Below are positions 9,559-19,929 of a DNA stretch of 64,000 nt, piece by piece. The stretch is from positions 15,240 through 79,239 of the forward strand of contig DAIDHL010000004.1 in assembly GCA_027459745.1 (NCBI GenBank). Reading direction: 5' to 3'. This DNA comes from Candidatus Levyibacteriota bacterium. Lineage in GTDB: Bacteria > Patescibacteriota > Microgenomatia > Levybacterales > UBA12049. Position 1 is the first letter of the stretch; each line of letters begins with the position of its first letter. The position numbers and the translations under genes were made by a program. Below the pieces are notes generated by a model that was not told the origin of the DNA, searched no databases, and worked only from the letters and a program-made list of their open reading frames with translations.

Positions 9559-10404
9559 TTATAAATAAGATATTATTTGCTGATATAACTTTTGGGCTTC
9601 CTTCTTAGCTGCTTGTGCATAGTCTATATCATTTGAGGCAAAAAGTATACTCCTACCGGCATTGATGATCATACCCTGACTTTTACTGTCTTTACCAGCT
9701 GTCACTGTGGCTTGCAAGTCTCCTCCTTGTGCACCAATACCTGGAATAAGAAAGGGAATATCACCTACCAAAGCGCGCACTTTGGCTAATTCTTCTGGAT
9801 AAGTAGCTCCTACAACGACACCGCAATTGCCATAAGTATTCCATTTCTGACTAATGTTTAAGGCTACCTTTTGATAAAGAGGCATTTTTGTACCATTATC
9901 TTCGATAATTAAATTTTGAAATTCGGACGAACCTTTATTGGAAGTTTTTACTAACAAAATAATGCCTTTATCTTTCCTTTCCAGAAACGGCTGCACTGCT
10001 TCCTGTCCCAGATACGAATGAAGAGTAATGGCGTCGGCATTTAAAATATCAAAGGCTGCGGTAGCATAGCCTTGATTGGTATTGCCAATATCTCCACGTT
10101 TGGCGTCCAAAATAACTGGCATTGCTTCATAATTTTCATGAATGTACGCAATTGTCTTTTGTAAAACTGCAAAACCTTCAGAGCCATACATTTCATAAAA
10201 AGCACTATTGGGTTTGAAAGCACAGACATATTCTGCTGTTGCATCGATAATAGCCTTATTAAATTGGAAAATCTGCTCTGCTTTATTTTTATAATTTTTA
10301 CGGATAACTTCAGGCAACTTATCAATTTGAGGATCAAGTCCCACGCATAAAAACTTATTTTCATTCCAATGAGTCTTTAATTTCTCTGTAAAAATCAGTT
10401 CCAT
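9559..10404 (-). CDS. pyrF: orotidine-5'-phosphate decarboxylase (long type-2 form)
   Basis: LDAKRGDIGNT active-site motif. It is the first gene of the pyrFEDC cluster. Confidence 0.8.
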   Translation of the reverse strand: MELIFTEKLKTHWNENKFLCVGLDPQIDKLPEVIRKNYKNKAEQIFQFNKAIIDATAEYVCAFKPNSAFYEMYGSEGFAVLQKTIAYIHENYEAMPVILDAKRGDIGNTNQGYATAAFDILNADAITLHSYLGQEAVQPFLERKDKGIILLVKTSNKGSSEFQNLIIEDNGTKMPLYQKVALNISQKWNTYGNCGVVVGATYPEELAKVRALVGDIPFLIPGIGAQGGDLQATVTAGKDSKSQGMIINAGRSILFASNDIDYAQAAKKEAQKLYQQIISYL

Positions 10405-10473
10405 CCGTTATCAGAAATATAATTAATTGCGGACTAATTGTCAATTGATATTCCGGTAATATTAATTTAATTT

Positions 10474-10482
10474 TGCTACAAT
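10474..10482 (+). promoter_or_regulatory. extended -10 element TGCTACAAT for the LCP gene
   Basis: TGn plus TACAAT lies 21 nt upstream of ATG 10503 with no SD in between. Confidence 0.4.
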
Positions 10483-10502
10483 ATTTACCTAACAAATATA
10501 TT

Positions 10503-11537
10503 ATGCCTCAGACTGAAAAAAAATCACTTCCTTTGATAGTTAGAATTATCATCTGTGTACTAGCTGCGGTTATTTTCTATATTTTTGGCTACAGTTTATA
10601 TATTTTAACCCGTGTACAACAATTTGTGGCCACCAGTACTACCCAAAAAATCGCAGTTACACCTCCAGTCAACTTACCCAATCTATCAAATCAGACAAAC
10701 ATTTTACTCTTAGGCAGTGATAATGATCAAAAATTTACCGGCAATCCACTTACACAAACTATGATGATTGTGCACATTGATTATACTAAGAAAGAAATTG
10801 ATATGTTCTCAATACCTAGGGATTTATGGGTAAAAATGCCAAACCTTAACACCTACGGAAAGATTGATCAGGCTGCAGAATATAACGGCATACCCTCTGC
10901 AATTGCGGTCGTTGAACAAACTTTTGGTATCCCTATAAATCATTATGCCTGGGTGGGATTGTATGGATTTATCAAAAGTATTGACGCTATAGGTGGTGTT
11001 AATATCGACGCCGTACATCCAGTACTTGATAATGCCTACCCTACCGATATCGGCAGTAATAATCCTTATGGAGTTCAGAGATTAGATATTCAAGCAGGTA
11101 TGCAACACATGGACGGACAAGAAGCCTTGCAGTATGTTAGATCCCGTCATGAAGATTTAATTGGAGATTTTGGCCGTACTCAACGGCAAAGACAGCTTTT
11201 ATTAACTTTAAAACAAACCTTATTACAATCTAAATCCTCTCTTTTGGATGTCCCACAAATTTTTGACAGTCTCAAGGGACAAATAAAAACCGACATCGAT
11301 CCACTTATTGCCATGCAACTCGCAACATTTTACATCACCAATAAAAGCACTATACAACAAAAACAATACACACTTACTCCCGGAGAATATTCACAAGTCG
11401 GTAATTCTACCGATGGACAAAGTATAGTTATAGCTGATCCTAACACATCATCTCAATTAGTAGGTAAAATATTCGGAGCCAAGGCACAGGAAATTACTCT
11501 ACAAAGTCTGTTGAATGAGAAAGGTATACAACCATGA
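10503..11537 (+). CDS. LytR-CpsA-Psr (LCP) family cell-envelope phosphotransferase
   Basis: N-terminal TM, then LLLGSDNDQ...MMIVHID...SIPRDLWV...GGVNIDAVHPV...DGQEALQYVRSRH..GDFGRTQRQRQLL. The track ORF starts at TTG 10473 and includes the TGCTACAAT promoter. ATG 10503 is the more likely start. Confidence 0.85.
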   Translation: MPQTEKKSLPLIVRIIICVLAAVIFYIFGYSLYILTRVQQFVATSTTQKIAVTPPVNLPNLSNQTNILLLGSDNDQKFTGNPLTQTMMIVHIDYTKKEIDMFSIPRDLWVKMPNLNTYGKIDQAAEYNGIPSAIAVVEQTFGIPINHYAWVGLYGFIKSIDAIGGVNIDAVHPVLDNAYPTDIGSNNPYGVQRLDIQAGMQHMDGQEALQYVRSRHEDLIGDFGRTQRQRQLLLTLKQTLLQSKSSLLDVPQIFDSLKGQIKTDIDPLIAMQLATFYITNKSTIQQKQYTLTPGEYSQVGNSTDGQSIVIADPNTSSQLVGKIFGAKAQEITLQSLLNEKGIQP

Positions 11538-12538
11538 TAAAAAAACGTACATTAATATTATTAGCGATAGTTTTTTTATTAGTAGGATATTTCCAGGCAG
11601 CAAATCATAGTAAAAAAAATACAGTGCAGAATACAGTTCAATTCGCCAATACAGAAATAGAACCTAATGACAAAATTACTCTTTCTAATTTGGGAGATAT
11701 ATATGAATTGACTAGTAAAAATATCACTCAGATTACCACCAATACTAGCTTAATTGAACCAATCACGATGGATAAAAATATTGCGGCTGTCTATAAACAA
11801 AATAATTATTCTTCGCTAATCGAATATGACTCATCAGGCAAAATGATAAAAACATTGTTTGATGGAAATGCAAATAAAATCGATAATATGTTATGGGTTA
11901 GTGATCCTGCAATTGATTCCACAAAAACTAAAATAGCCTATGTTTCCGATCAAAACAGAATCAGCACTAATATACCAGATAACGCGTTGTTTATTTTAGA
12001 TCTAAATAAAAATAAAACAACTTTAGTGGCTAGTCCAGATCATTATTCAGGAGGCATTGCTCATCCGGTATGGGACCCCATCGACCAAACAATATTACTC
12101 TATGACTATTATCAATACACCTCTTCCACACTTGAACCTTATTCAACAATCATGGAATATGATTTTCAAACAGATAATTCTTTTCCTCTAACTACTGACA
12201 AACAAAATGTCTTACAGGAAGCATTGTCCCCAGACGGTAAAAAGATATTATACCTTCAGCGTAATAGTAACGGCCTGGATGTTTCTTTATATTATGCAGA
12301 TTTTTCTGCAGATAATGGAATATCAAATACAGTAAAACTTACTAGTGGTGACTATGCATATCCTGAATTTTCTAATACACTGGACTATATTTATTATTTA
12401 TCTGCTGATGCTAATCAAGGATATAACCTTTTCAAGGCAAAAATTGTGAATAATAAATTAACTGCAATTACACCGATTACAACAGGAGATAGTTTGCAGG
12501 GTAACTCCTCATATTGGATTGATGAAATTACGCAATAG
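11534..12538 (+). CDS. hypothetical secreted protein with TolB/PD40-like beta-propeller repeats
   Basis: Signal or TM N-terminus. Repeated ...KIAYVSDQN... and ...LSPDGKKILYLQRNSNG... blocks. ATGA overlap with the LCP gene. Confidence 0.5.
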   Translation: MIKKRTLILLAIVFLLVGYFQAANHSKKNTVQNTVQFANTEIEPNDKITLSNLGDIYELTSKNITQITTNTSLIEPITMDKNIAAVYKQNNYSSLIEYDSSGKMIKTLFDGNANKIDNMLWVSDPAIDSTKTKIAYVSDQNRISTNIPDNALFILDLNKNKTTLVASPDHYSGGIAHPVWDPIDQTILLYDYYQYTSSTLEPYSTIMEYDFQTDNSFPLTTDKQNVLQEALSPDGKKILYLQRNSNGLDVSLYYADFSADNGISNTVKLTSGDYAYPEFSNTLDYIYYLSADANQGYNLFKAKIVNNKLTAITPITTGDSLQGNSSYWIDEITQ

Positions 12539-12570
12539 AAAAGTTATTACAAAATGTGTAAGATATAAAA

Positions 12571-13353
12571 ATGTCTAAAAATAGTATACTTAACTTCCTA
12601 AGCGCAAAAATACTAAGAAAAGTTCCGGAAATCACTATCTTTTTTTGGATAATCAAATTACTTACTACTGCTATGGGTGAGTCTACATCTGATTTTTTAG
12701 TTCATCAAATTGATCCAGTTATAGCTGTACTGTTAGGAGCTGGTGTATTTACAATAGCAATAGTTTTACAGTTTTGGGTAAAAAAATATATTCCATTTTT
12801 TTATTGGTTTGCAATCACTATGGTAGCTGTGTTTGGAACAATGGTAGCAGATGTACTACATATAGGATTAGGCATTCCTTACTCTGTTTCTTCAACCCTG
12901 TTTTTTATTTCGTTACTTGTCATATTATATGCTTGGTATTACTGTGAAAAAACTTTATCAATTCATAGTATCAATACTCGCAGAAGAGAAATATTCTATT
13001 GGTTAACTGTTATGGCAACATTTGCTTTAGGTACAGCCACGGGAGATATGACTGCTACTACCTTACAATGGGGGTATTTAACCTCAGGTATGTTCTTTGG
13101 AATTTTATTTCTTCTACCTTTATTAGCAAATAAATACTTCCATATAAATGAGGTATTCACTTTCTGGTTTGCTTACATAATGACTCGTCCATTTGGAGCT
13201 TCATTTGCCGACTGGACAGGCCGTACTACCGATTTGGGTGGTATTGGCTGGGGAACAGGTAATGTAAGTATCGGGTTGGGAGTACTGATAATATTGTTGG
13301 TTATTTACTTAAGCTTTTCTCAAATAGATATAAAAAACAACTCTCAAAGCTAA
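12571..13353 (+). CDS. hypothetical polytopic membrane protein
   Basis: 260 aa with about 7 hydrophobic helices and no diagnostic motif. Confidence 0.45.
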   Translation: MSKNSILNFLSAKILRKVPEITIFFWIIKLLTTAMGESTSDFLVHQIDPVIAVLLGAGVFTIAIVLQFWVKKYIPFFYWFAITMVAVFGTMVADVLHIGLGIPYSVSSTLFFISLLVILYAWYYCEKTLSIHSINTRRREIFYWLTVMATFALGTATGDMTATTLQWGYLTSGMFFGILFLLPLLANKYFHINEVFTFWFAYIMTRPFGASFADWTGRTTDLGGIGWGTGNVSIGLGVLIILLVIYLSFSQIDIKNNSQS

Positions 13354-14804
13354 TTAATATAGTATCCCAGAAAATCACCTGTTCTTTTATCAAAATGATA
13401 ATGTGATTTTATATATTTATTCACAATTGTTTTTTCATTGATGTTGACTTCATCCAGTATCACAAACTTAACCTTTTTATTTTTTAAATCACTAATTATT
13501 TCTTTTTGATAACTAAGAGGAATATTTAAGTAATCATATTTAGTAGCGTTATCACGATTGCTCAAAAAGTAGACCATTGGTGAATAATAGTTAATATAAA
13601 TGTTTTCTCTATTGCCGGTTTTACTATCCACATAGTGGGCTAACAAACTTGTCAAACTATTTGAAGATTGATCAAGATATACTCCTACTCTGTTTTGAGA
13701 GTCAAAGCTATTATCATTTCTTAAAGGTGTTTCCCATTTATAATATCCACCCAAGTAAGCAGTGTAGAAACCCACTCCAATAAAAAGTATTATCGTAATA
13801 TATAAAATAAATCTCAAATAAATTCCATTAATATAATTACACAACAAAAGCATATTTAAACCAGAAAAGGCCAGCAAAGCCACAAAATGATCAAGATCAG
13901 TCGTTGGTCTTATACCGATCAGATAAAATGCAATAATAAACGCAGGTACAACCAAGTACTCTTTTTTTCTTTTATAAACCACTCCTACAGTAATTAAAGA
14001 AATAATTAGAGGACTAGTATAGAAAAATAACTTCCCTATCTTACTGATTAAAGATCCTTCAGATAAAAAAGGTGTATCTAATGTTTTTTCTACTAATATC
14101 TTTTGGATAACATTAACGTTCAGACTCTGCACAAAAGGAATAAAGGAGTTAGTGCTTGTTAAATATATGATAAATACCAACAATATCAGTAGAAACCCTA
14201 TGCTATATATTTTAAAATTCTCATACCAGTATTTCCTGTCAAGAAAAGTTATACTACCCAAAGTGATCAATGGTATAGCAATTCCAAAATTTTGCTTCGA
14301 CAAAAAAATCAATGTGCTGAATACTCCCGCCCAAAAATAATATTTCCTGTTTTTAAGTAATCCGTAAAGCACAAATAGTAATGTATATAGAGTAAAACAC
14401 AGTCCATACATAGTAGGCCATGGGAAATTAATATGCATAGGCCCCCATACCACAAAAAATGAAGAGCCTAGAATAAGCAATAATGTTCGTCCTTGCAGTA
14501 ACTTCCAGATCCTGTAAATTGCGTACAAAGAAAATACACTTATTAACAGAGCTACAATTCTGCCTACTAAGACGCTTTGTCCAAATAGTTTAAAAAATAA
14601 AGCTACACTTGCAAATGAAATCGGTGTATAGACCATATCGAAGTCACGATATGGCACTAAACCATTGGCGGTTTGCATGGCAGCATGCAAAATATATCCT
14701 TCGTCATAATAAATAATTCCATGCACATGAAACCATATGAGAAGGATGAAGGCAATAAAATAAAAAACTAACAAATTCCAATTTTTACTTATCCATATAT
14801 ACAT
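13350..14804 (-). CDS. GT-C fold membrane glycosyltransferase-like protein (ArnT/PMT-like)
   Basis: 484 aa with about 11 TM helices, a first loop containing a YYDEGY-type acidic motif, and a C-terminal soluble domain. Family assignment is tentative. Confidence 0.45.
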   Translation of the reverse strand: MYIWISKNWNLLVFYFIAFILLIWFHVHGIIYYDEGYILHAAMQTANGLVPYRDFDMVYTPISFASVALFFKLFGQSVLVGRIVALLISVFSLYAIYRIWKLLQGRTLLLILGSSFFVVWGPMHINFPWPTMYGLCFTLYTLLFVLYGLLKNRKYYFWAGVFSTLIFLSKQNFGIAIPLITLGSITFLDRKYWYENFKIYSIGFLLILLVFIIYLTSTNSFIPFVQSLNVNVIQKILVEKTLDTPFLSEGSLISKIGKLFFYTSPLIISLITVGVVYKRKKEYLVVPAFIIAFYLIGIRPTTDLDHFVALLAFSGLNMLLLCNYINGIYLRFILYITIILFIGVGFYTAYLGGYYKWETPLRNDNSFDSQNRVGVYLDQSSNSLTSLLAHYVDSKTGNRENIYINYYSPMVYFLSNRDNATKYDYLNIPLSYQKEIISDLKNKKVKFVILDEVNINEKTIVNKYIKSHYHFDKRTGDFLGYYIN

Positions 14805-14912
14805 ATAGTATTTATATACTCAATATTATAATTACTACAAGTTTGCTAGTAATATACGATCTAAGAAATTGTTAAATTGGACAAGATAATAAATTTTATG
14901 CTTTAAGTTTAA

Positions 14913-17672
14913 TTAACTCATCTGAGGATAGTGACACTTCTTCCATTTTTTTCCACTGCCACACCAACAAGGGTCATTGCGGCTTAATTTTTTAACAGCA
15001 GAAACAACTTTTGCTTGTTGTCCTTTTTCAGTTTTCTTATCTTCCTGCACTGGAGTTGACTCAGGAGTTAGTACCTTATCTGATTGATTAACAGCTTGTC
15101 CTTTACTAATATTTATATGCTGATGGGAATTATCTTCTGAAGGCTGAACTTGTGTCCAATAGATTCGATGTACAATCTCATCATCCATTGATGCGATTAA
15201 CTTTTCAAACAATCTATATCCCTCATTTTTATATTCTACCAACGGATCACGTTGTGCATATCCACGAAGCTGAATTCCTTGGCGGAGATTGTCCATCACA
15301 TCCAAGTGATTCATCCAAAAGGTGTCGATTACACCCATTACTACCAACTGCTCAATTTTAGTTGCTAATTCAGGTCCAAATGCTTCAACTCTCTTTTTAT
15401 ATACATCACTGGATAAATTAGTTAAAAATGCTGTTTTTTCTTCAATACTTATAGACTGTTCCAATTGTTTAAAAATCTGTTGTCTAGAAGGTTCATCAAA
15501 ATTAATAATTGTAATTAGATTATTAATAATTTTCTCATTAACAGATTGTCCAGTCACATTTGCTTCTGCATCTGCCAAAGAAACAGCAGTATTTAAAACA
15601 GTAGTTATTTTATGCAAGATGTCTTCACGCAAAACTTGCGGATTTCTAGAAGCTTCTAAAACCTTCCTGCGACGTCCATAAACAATTTCACGTTGCTTAT
15701 TAAGTACATCGTCATACTCTACGACATATTTACGATTATCAAAATAGAATCGTTCTACCTTAATCTGTGCATTTTCAATTGCTTTAGTTACCAAAGGATG
15801 AGTCAGAGGGACATCTTCGGGCATATTAAATCGCGTCATTATCCCCGCAATCGTATCTCCACCAAATAAACGCATGATTTCATCGTCCAGACTTACATAA
15901 AATTGAGAAGTTCCAGGATCTCCCTGACGTCCGGAACGTCCACGTAGTTGATTATCAATACGACGGGATTCGTGTCTTTCTGTTCCTATGACATATAATC
16001 CACCAAGTTTTACTACTTCGTCATGTTCCCTCTTCCATTTCTCCAACTCCTTTTTATACTTACTCTCTTCTGCTTTACTTGTAATTTTGAGCTCTGAACT
16101 TTGACTCGGATTTGGCATTTCTCCTCCTAAGACAATATCTACTCCGCGTCCAGCCATGTTCGTAGCTACAGTTACTGCTCCTTTTTTACCAGCTTGAGCT
16201 ATAATCTCTGCCTCTCTTAAATGGTTTTTGGCATTCAAAATTTGATGAGGAACTTTCCTGCGACGTAGCAACTGTGAAATAATTTCATTCTTATCAATTG
16301 ACGTAGTACCTACCAAAACAGGTTGTCCGGTCTTGTACAAGCGCTCAATTTCAGCTGCAACTGCCGTATATTTAGCTCTACTACTCTTATAGATCATGTC
16401 AGACTTATCATCACGTTGGATAGGATTATGTGTGGGGATAACTACTACATCTAATTTATAAATTTTATGAAACTCTTCTGCTTCTGTGACAGCTGTACCG
16501 GTCATACCGGCAAGTTTTTCATACATGCGGAAGTAGTTCTGCAAAGAAATAGTAGCTAAGGTTTTTGACTCACGTTGAATTGGCACTCTTTCTTTGGCTT
16601 CGATAGCCTGATGAATCCCATCTGATAATCTACGACCAACCATTAAGCGTCCTGTAAATTCGTCGACTAAAATAACCTCATTATCACGCACAATATATTC
16701 TTTCTCTTTATGAAAGAGTGTCCGGGCTTTTAAGGCTGCTTCCAAATGATAAACAGTATCGAAATCATTTTCGTAAATATTGGCAATGCCAAATAACTTT
16801 TCTATCTTTTGCAAACCATGATCTGTTAAATGTGCTGTTCTTTGTTTTTCATCTACTTTATAATCAACCTCAGGTACTAACTTAGCCACAATTTCTGCAT
16901 AATCATAATATTTTTGTGAAGGAACCTCATCTGGCTGGGAAATAATATGGGGAGTTCTGGCTTCATCAATTAATACAGAGTCCACTTCATCCACAATCGC
17001 AAAATAATGTTCCCTCTGAGTAAGCTGAGAAATATCCTGTGCCATGTTATCACGCAGATAGTCAAAACCAAATTCTGAATTAATGCCATACACAACATCG
17101 GCTTTGTAAGCTTCTTGTCTGGTAATTTGTCGTAGGTGTATTAAACGTGCGTCTTGTAAGTTTTCAGCTTGAAAATCTGGATCATAGATAAATGACTGTT
17201 CACTAATAATTGAGGCCACTGATATTCCTAATAAATTAAATACAGGCCCCATCCACCCTGCATCACGACGAGCCAGGTAATCATTTACCGTAACTAAATG
17301 TACACCTTTGCCGGTCAAAGCATGTAAATATAGTGCAGGTATAGCAGATAATGTCTTTCCTTCTCCAGTTTTTTGTTCTGCAATTTTACCGTGTGCCAAA
17401 ATATAACCAGCCATTAACTGAACGTCGTAGGGAGACAATCCAATTGTTCTTCGCGCAGCTTCACGTACCAGCGCAAAAGCTTCCGGCAAAATAGTATCTA
17501 AACTTTCACCTTGTGCTAAACGCCCTTTGAAATCATTGGTTTTTTTGGCAAAATCTTTGTCCTTGAGTTTTTTGAACTTCTCACCGACTGCGTCAATCTC
17601 ACTTAAAATAGGCTGCATCCGGCTAATCTCTCTATCATTGGAGTCAAATAGTTTATTGAATATCGATAACAT
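14913..17672 (-). CDS. secA: preprotein translocase ATPase SecA
   Basis: 919 aa with the DEAD-like motor (MAGYILAHGKIAEQKTGEGKT, DEVDSVLIDEARTP) and a C-terminal zinc finger (CWCGSGKKWKKCH). Confidence 0.95.
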   Translation of the reverse strand: MLSIFNKLFDSNDREISRMQPILSEIDAVGEKFKKLKDKDFAKKTNDFKGRLAQGESLDTILPEAFALVREAARRTIGLSPYDVQLMAGYILAHGKIAEQKTGEGKTLSAIPALYLHALTGKGVHLVTVNDYLARRDAGWMGPVFNLLGISVASIISEQSFIYDPDFQAENLQDARLIHLRQITRQEAYKADVVYGINSEFGFDYLRDNMAQDISQLTQREHYFAIVDEVDSVLIDEARTPHIISQPDEVPSQKYYDYAEIVAKLVPEVDYKVDEKQRTAHLTDHGLQKIEKLFGIANIYENDFDTVYHLEAALKARTLFHKEKEYIVRDNEVILVDEFTGRLMVGRRLSDGIHQAIEAKERVPIQRESKTLATISLQNYFRMYEKLAGMTGTAVTEAEEFHKIYKLDVVVIPTHNPIQRDDKSDMIYKSSRAKYTAVAAEIERLYKTGQPVLVGTTSIDKNEIISQLLRRRKVPHQILNAKNHLREAEIIAQAGKKGAVTVATNMAGRGVDIVLGGEMPNPSQSSELKITSKAEESKYKKELEKWKREHDEVVKLGGLYVIGTERHESRRIDNQLRGRSGRQGDPGTSQFYVSLDDEIMRLFGGDTIAGIMTRFNMPEDVPLTHPLVTKAIENAQIKVERFYFDNRKYVVEYDDVLNKQREIVYGRRRKVLEASRNPQVLREDILHKITTVLNTAVSLADAEANVTGQSVNEKIINNLITIINFDEPSRQQIFKQLEQSISIEEKTAFLTNLSSDVYKKRVEAFGPELATKIEQLVVMGVIDTFWMNHLDVMDNLRQGIQLRGYAQRDPLVEYKNEGYRLFEKLIASMDDEIVHRIYWTQVQPSEDNSHQHINISKGQAVNQSDKVLTPESTPVQEDKKTEKGQQAKVVSAVKKLSRNDPCWCGSGKKWKKCHYPQMS

Positions 17673-17868
17673 AAATTTGTATCTGTCATTTCTAACAAAC
17701 TTTTAATTGCTTTATGGACATACCATAATCAAGAAAATGACTAAGAAGATTAGCTTTATTTTACCATACAAGCCTGGATAAACCAAACAGAAGAAGACTT
17801 TCTGAAACAACTATTGAAGCTATATGTCGAGATATTCAAATTTTGCTTTTGTCAATGGTAAATAATAC

Positions 17869-19191
17869 TTATTTCTCAGGTTTTAAAATATCCTTACCCA
17901 CATATTTACATAATACTTCCGGAACCTTCACACTTCCATCTGCTTGCTGGTAATTATCCAGAATGGCAATAATCATCCTACCCATGGCTACACCGGTATC
18001 ATTAACTGTATGAGCATATTTTTTCACTCCCTCTGTAGTCTGGTATTTAATATTTAATCTTCGTGCTTGGAAATCAGTAGCATTAGTATCACTCATTACT
18101 TCCATAAAGGTTTGTTGTGAGGGTAACCAAGCTTCTACGTCATATTTCTTATGTGCAGCAGCATATCCTGAGTCACCACTACACATTAATATAACATGAT
18201 AAGGTATTTGTAGTTGTTGTAATAACCATTCGTTAATGCCCAATAAATATTGCTGCATTTCTTCGGATTTTTCCTCTGATGTGACAGTGTCCATTTCCAA
18301 CTTATCAAATTGATGTACGCGCTTTATGCCTCTAACGTCTTTACCCCACGACCCAACTTCAGAACGAAAACATGGTGTGAAAGCAAATACTTTTTTGGGC
18401 AAATCTTTCTCTAAAATTGTTTTATCCATAAAATATGAAAAAAGTGAGGGCTCCGATGAGCCAACTAAGTATAATTCTTCACCTTCTTCAACATTTTTGG
18501 AGTCAACCTTATAAACTTGATCTACTTCTTCCGGAAAATGCGAAGAGCCAAACAAGGCTTTACCTTTCACCAATAATGGAACTATCATCGGACTAAATCC
18601 CTCTTCAATCAATTTATTTTTTAACAATTCAAACAAAGCATATTCCAACAAAAAACCTTCATTTTTAATATAAGCAAAGCGAGTACCTGATACTTTAGCA
18701 CTCTGTTCAACGTCTATGATATCTAACGTCTTACCTAAATCAAGATGATCTTTGGCAGCAAAATCAAATTTGGGCATATAAGCTTTAGATGTATCTTTTT
18801 TACCTAGTTTATCCTCGCTCAGATATCCATCCTTTGTCCAGGCTTTAACCTCGACATTGTCATCTTCCCCTTTACCCACTGGTACATCAGCAGAAAGCAT
18901 ATTAGGCACCCAGGATAATTTCTCATTTAAATTTTGCTGGACTTCTTTCAGTTCACTTTCTTTACTGGAAATGCCTGTACTTAAACTGCGCAGTCGTTGA
19001 ATTTCTTCAGGAGTTGGTTTTTGTTTGGAACCAGCATTTAACTGCTGACGCAGCCCATCAACTTCAATTTGTAAATTTTTCCTCTTTTCATCTAATTCCA
19101 AAATACCATCTACGTCAGCTGATGCCTTACGGTTAATAATATTTTGCCTAACTTCTTCAGTATGTTCACGAATAAATTTAATATCTAACAT
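17869..19191 (-). CDS. serS: seryl-tRNA synthetase
   Basis: N-terminal MLDIKFIREH.. coiled-coil arm and a class II core. The track ORF extends to 19239. The MLDIKF start matches the SerRS N-terminus. Confidence 0.9.
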   Translation of the reverse strand: MLDIKFIREHTEEVRQNIINRKASADVDGILELDEKRKNLQIEVDGLRQQLNAGSKQKPTPEEIQRLRSLSTGISSKESELKEVQQNLNEKLSWVPNMLSADVPVGKGEDDNVEVKAWTKDGYLSEDKLGKKDTSKAYMPKFDFAAKDHLDLGKTLDIIDVEQSAKVSGTRFAYIKNEGFLLEYALFELLKNKLIEEGFSPMIVPLLVKGKALFGSSHFPEEVDQVYKVDSKNVEEGEELYLVGSSEPSLFSYFMDKTILEKDLPKKVFAFTPCFRSEVGSWGKDVRGIKRVHQFDKLEMDTVTSEEKSEEMQQYLLGINEWLLQQLQIPYHVILMCSGDSGYAAAHKKYDVEAWLPSQQTFMEVMSDTNATDFQARRLNIKYQTTEGVKKYAHTVNDTGVAMGRMIIAILDNYQQADGSVKVPEVLCKYVGKDILKPEK

Positions 19192-19329
19192 ATTTGTAAT
19201 CCATTGACTATGGTATCCTAGAGAGATGCATGCATCCAAACTCTTGATTACACCAGAAGCATTTATACTTCAAAGCGATTATATCTCGTTTAGAATTCTC
19301 ACGCAAACTGAGACGTAAATCCAGACGCG

Positions 19330-19452
19330 AATCTGTCATTCCGGGCTTTTGTTATTGTTCATAGAGTGATCCGGAATCTATGTTTATAAAATATTTTTCT
19401 AGACTCCTGCCCCATTAGGAGATCATGTCCTTTCGCAGGAATGACAATTCAT
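19330..19452. repeat. pair of inverted TGTCATTCC / GGAATGACA(ATT) motif copies, MITE-like, in the serS 5' region
   Basis: tgtcattccgg at 19333-19343 and caggaatgacaatt at 19436-19449. Internal hairpins at attccgg...ccggaat and tcctttcgcagga. Confidence 0.5.
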
Positions 19453-19470
19453 TTTATATTTAAATATCTG

Positions 19471-19926
19471 CTAAGCAGATAACTTGAATAATTCTTTGTT
19501 ACGTATAAGAAATCCTTTTTGTTCTTCAATCACAGGCGTTGGTAAAAGATTAAAAAACCGTGGATCAGAACCCTGCTCAGTAGTTTGAGGTAAGCCTTCA
19601 ATAATATGACATTGCAAGACAATGCTTATCGACCAACCAAACCCTCTTTCTTTTTCCTCAGAAAGATACTCAATATGACCTAATTCTCTATCTACTTCAA
19701 TCTCCACATTTAATTCATCTTTGGCTACTCTTTTAGCTGCTTGTTCCAATGTTTCTTTGTAATAAACAGTTCCCCCTGGCATGTACCATTGCCCTTTCCA
19801 GGATGATAAGTTTCTTTTTGCCAATAAAATACCCCCAGGTGATGTTATAGCTAAGTCTATGCATAAACGAGGAACTCTGGAGTAAATAGATTTAAATTCT
19901 TCGTACTTAAACGGCAGTTTCACCAT
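19471..19926 (-). CDS. NUDIX hydrolase
   Basis: Degenerate Nudix box GTVYYKETLEQAAKRVAKDELNVEI. Confidence 0.6.
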   Translation of the reverse strand: MVKLPFKYEEFKSIYSRVPRLCIDLAITSPGGILLAKRNLSSWKGQWYMPGGTVYYKETLEQAAKRVAKDELNVEIEVDRELGHIEYLSEEKERGFGWSISIVLQCHIIEGLPQTTEQGSDPRFFNLLPTPVIEEQKGFLIRNKELFKLSA

Positions 19927-19929
19927 GAA

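Noticed and set aside
10041-10364. 107-aa ORF inside pyrF in another frame
   Set aside because: It overlaps the conserved OMP decarboxylase frame and is spurious.
19192-19470. Possible T-box riboswitch in the serS leader
   Set aside because: No T-box sequence (..GGGTGGTACCGCG..) or antiterminator/terminator pair was found. The structured elements there belong to the TGTCATTCC repeat family instead.
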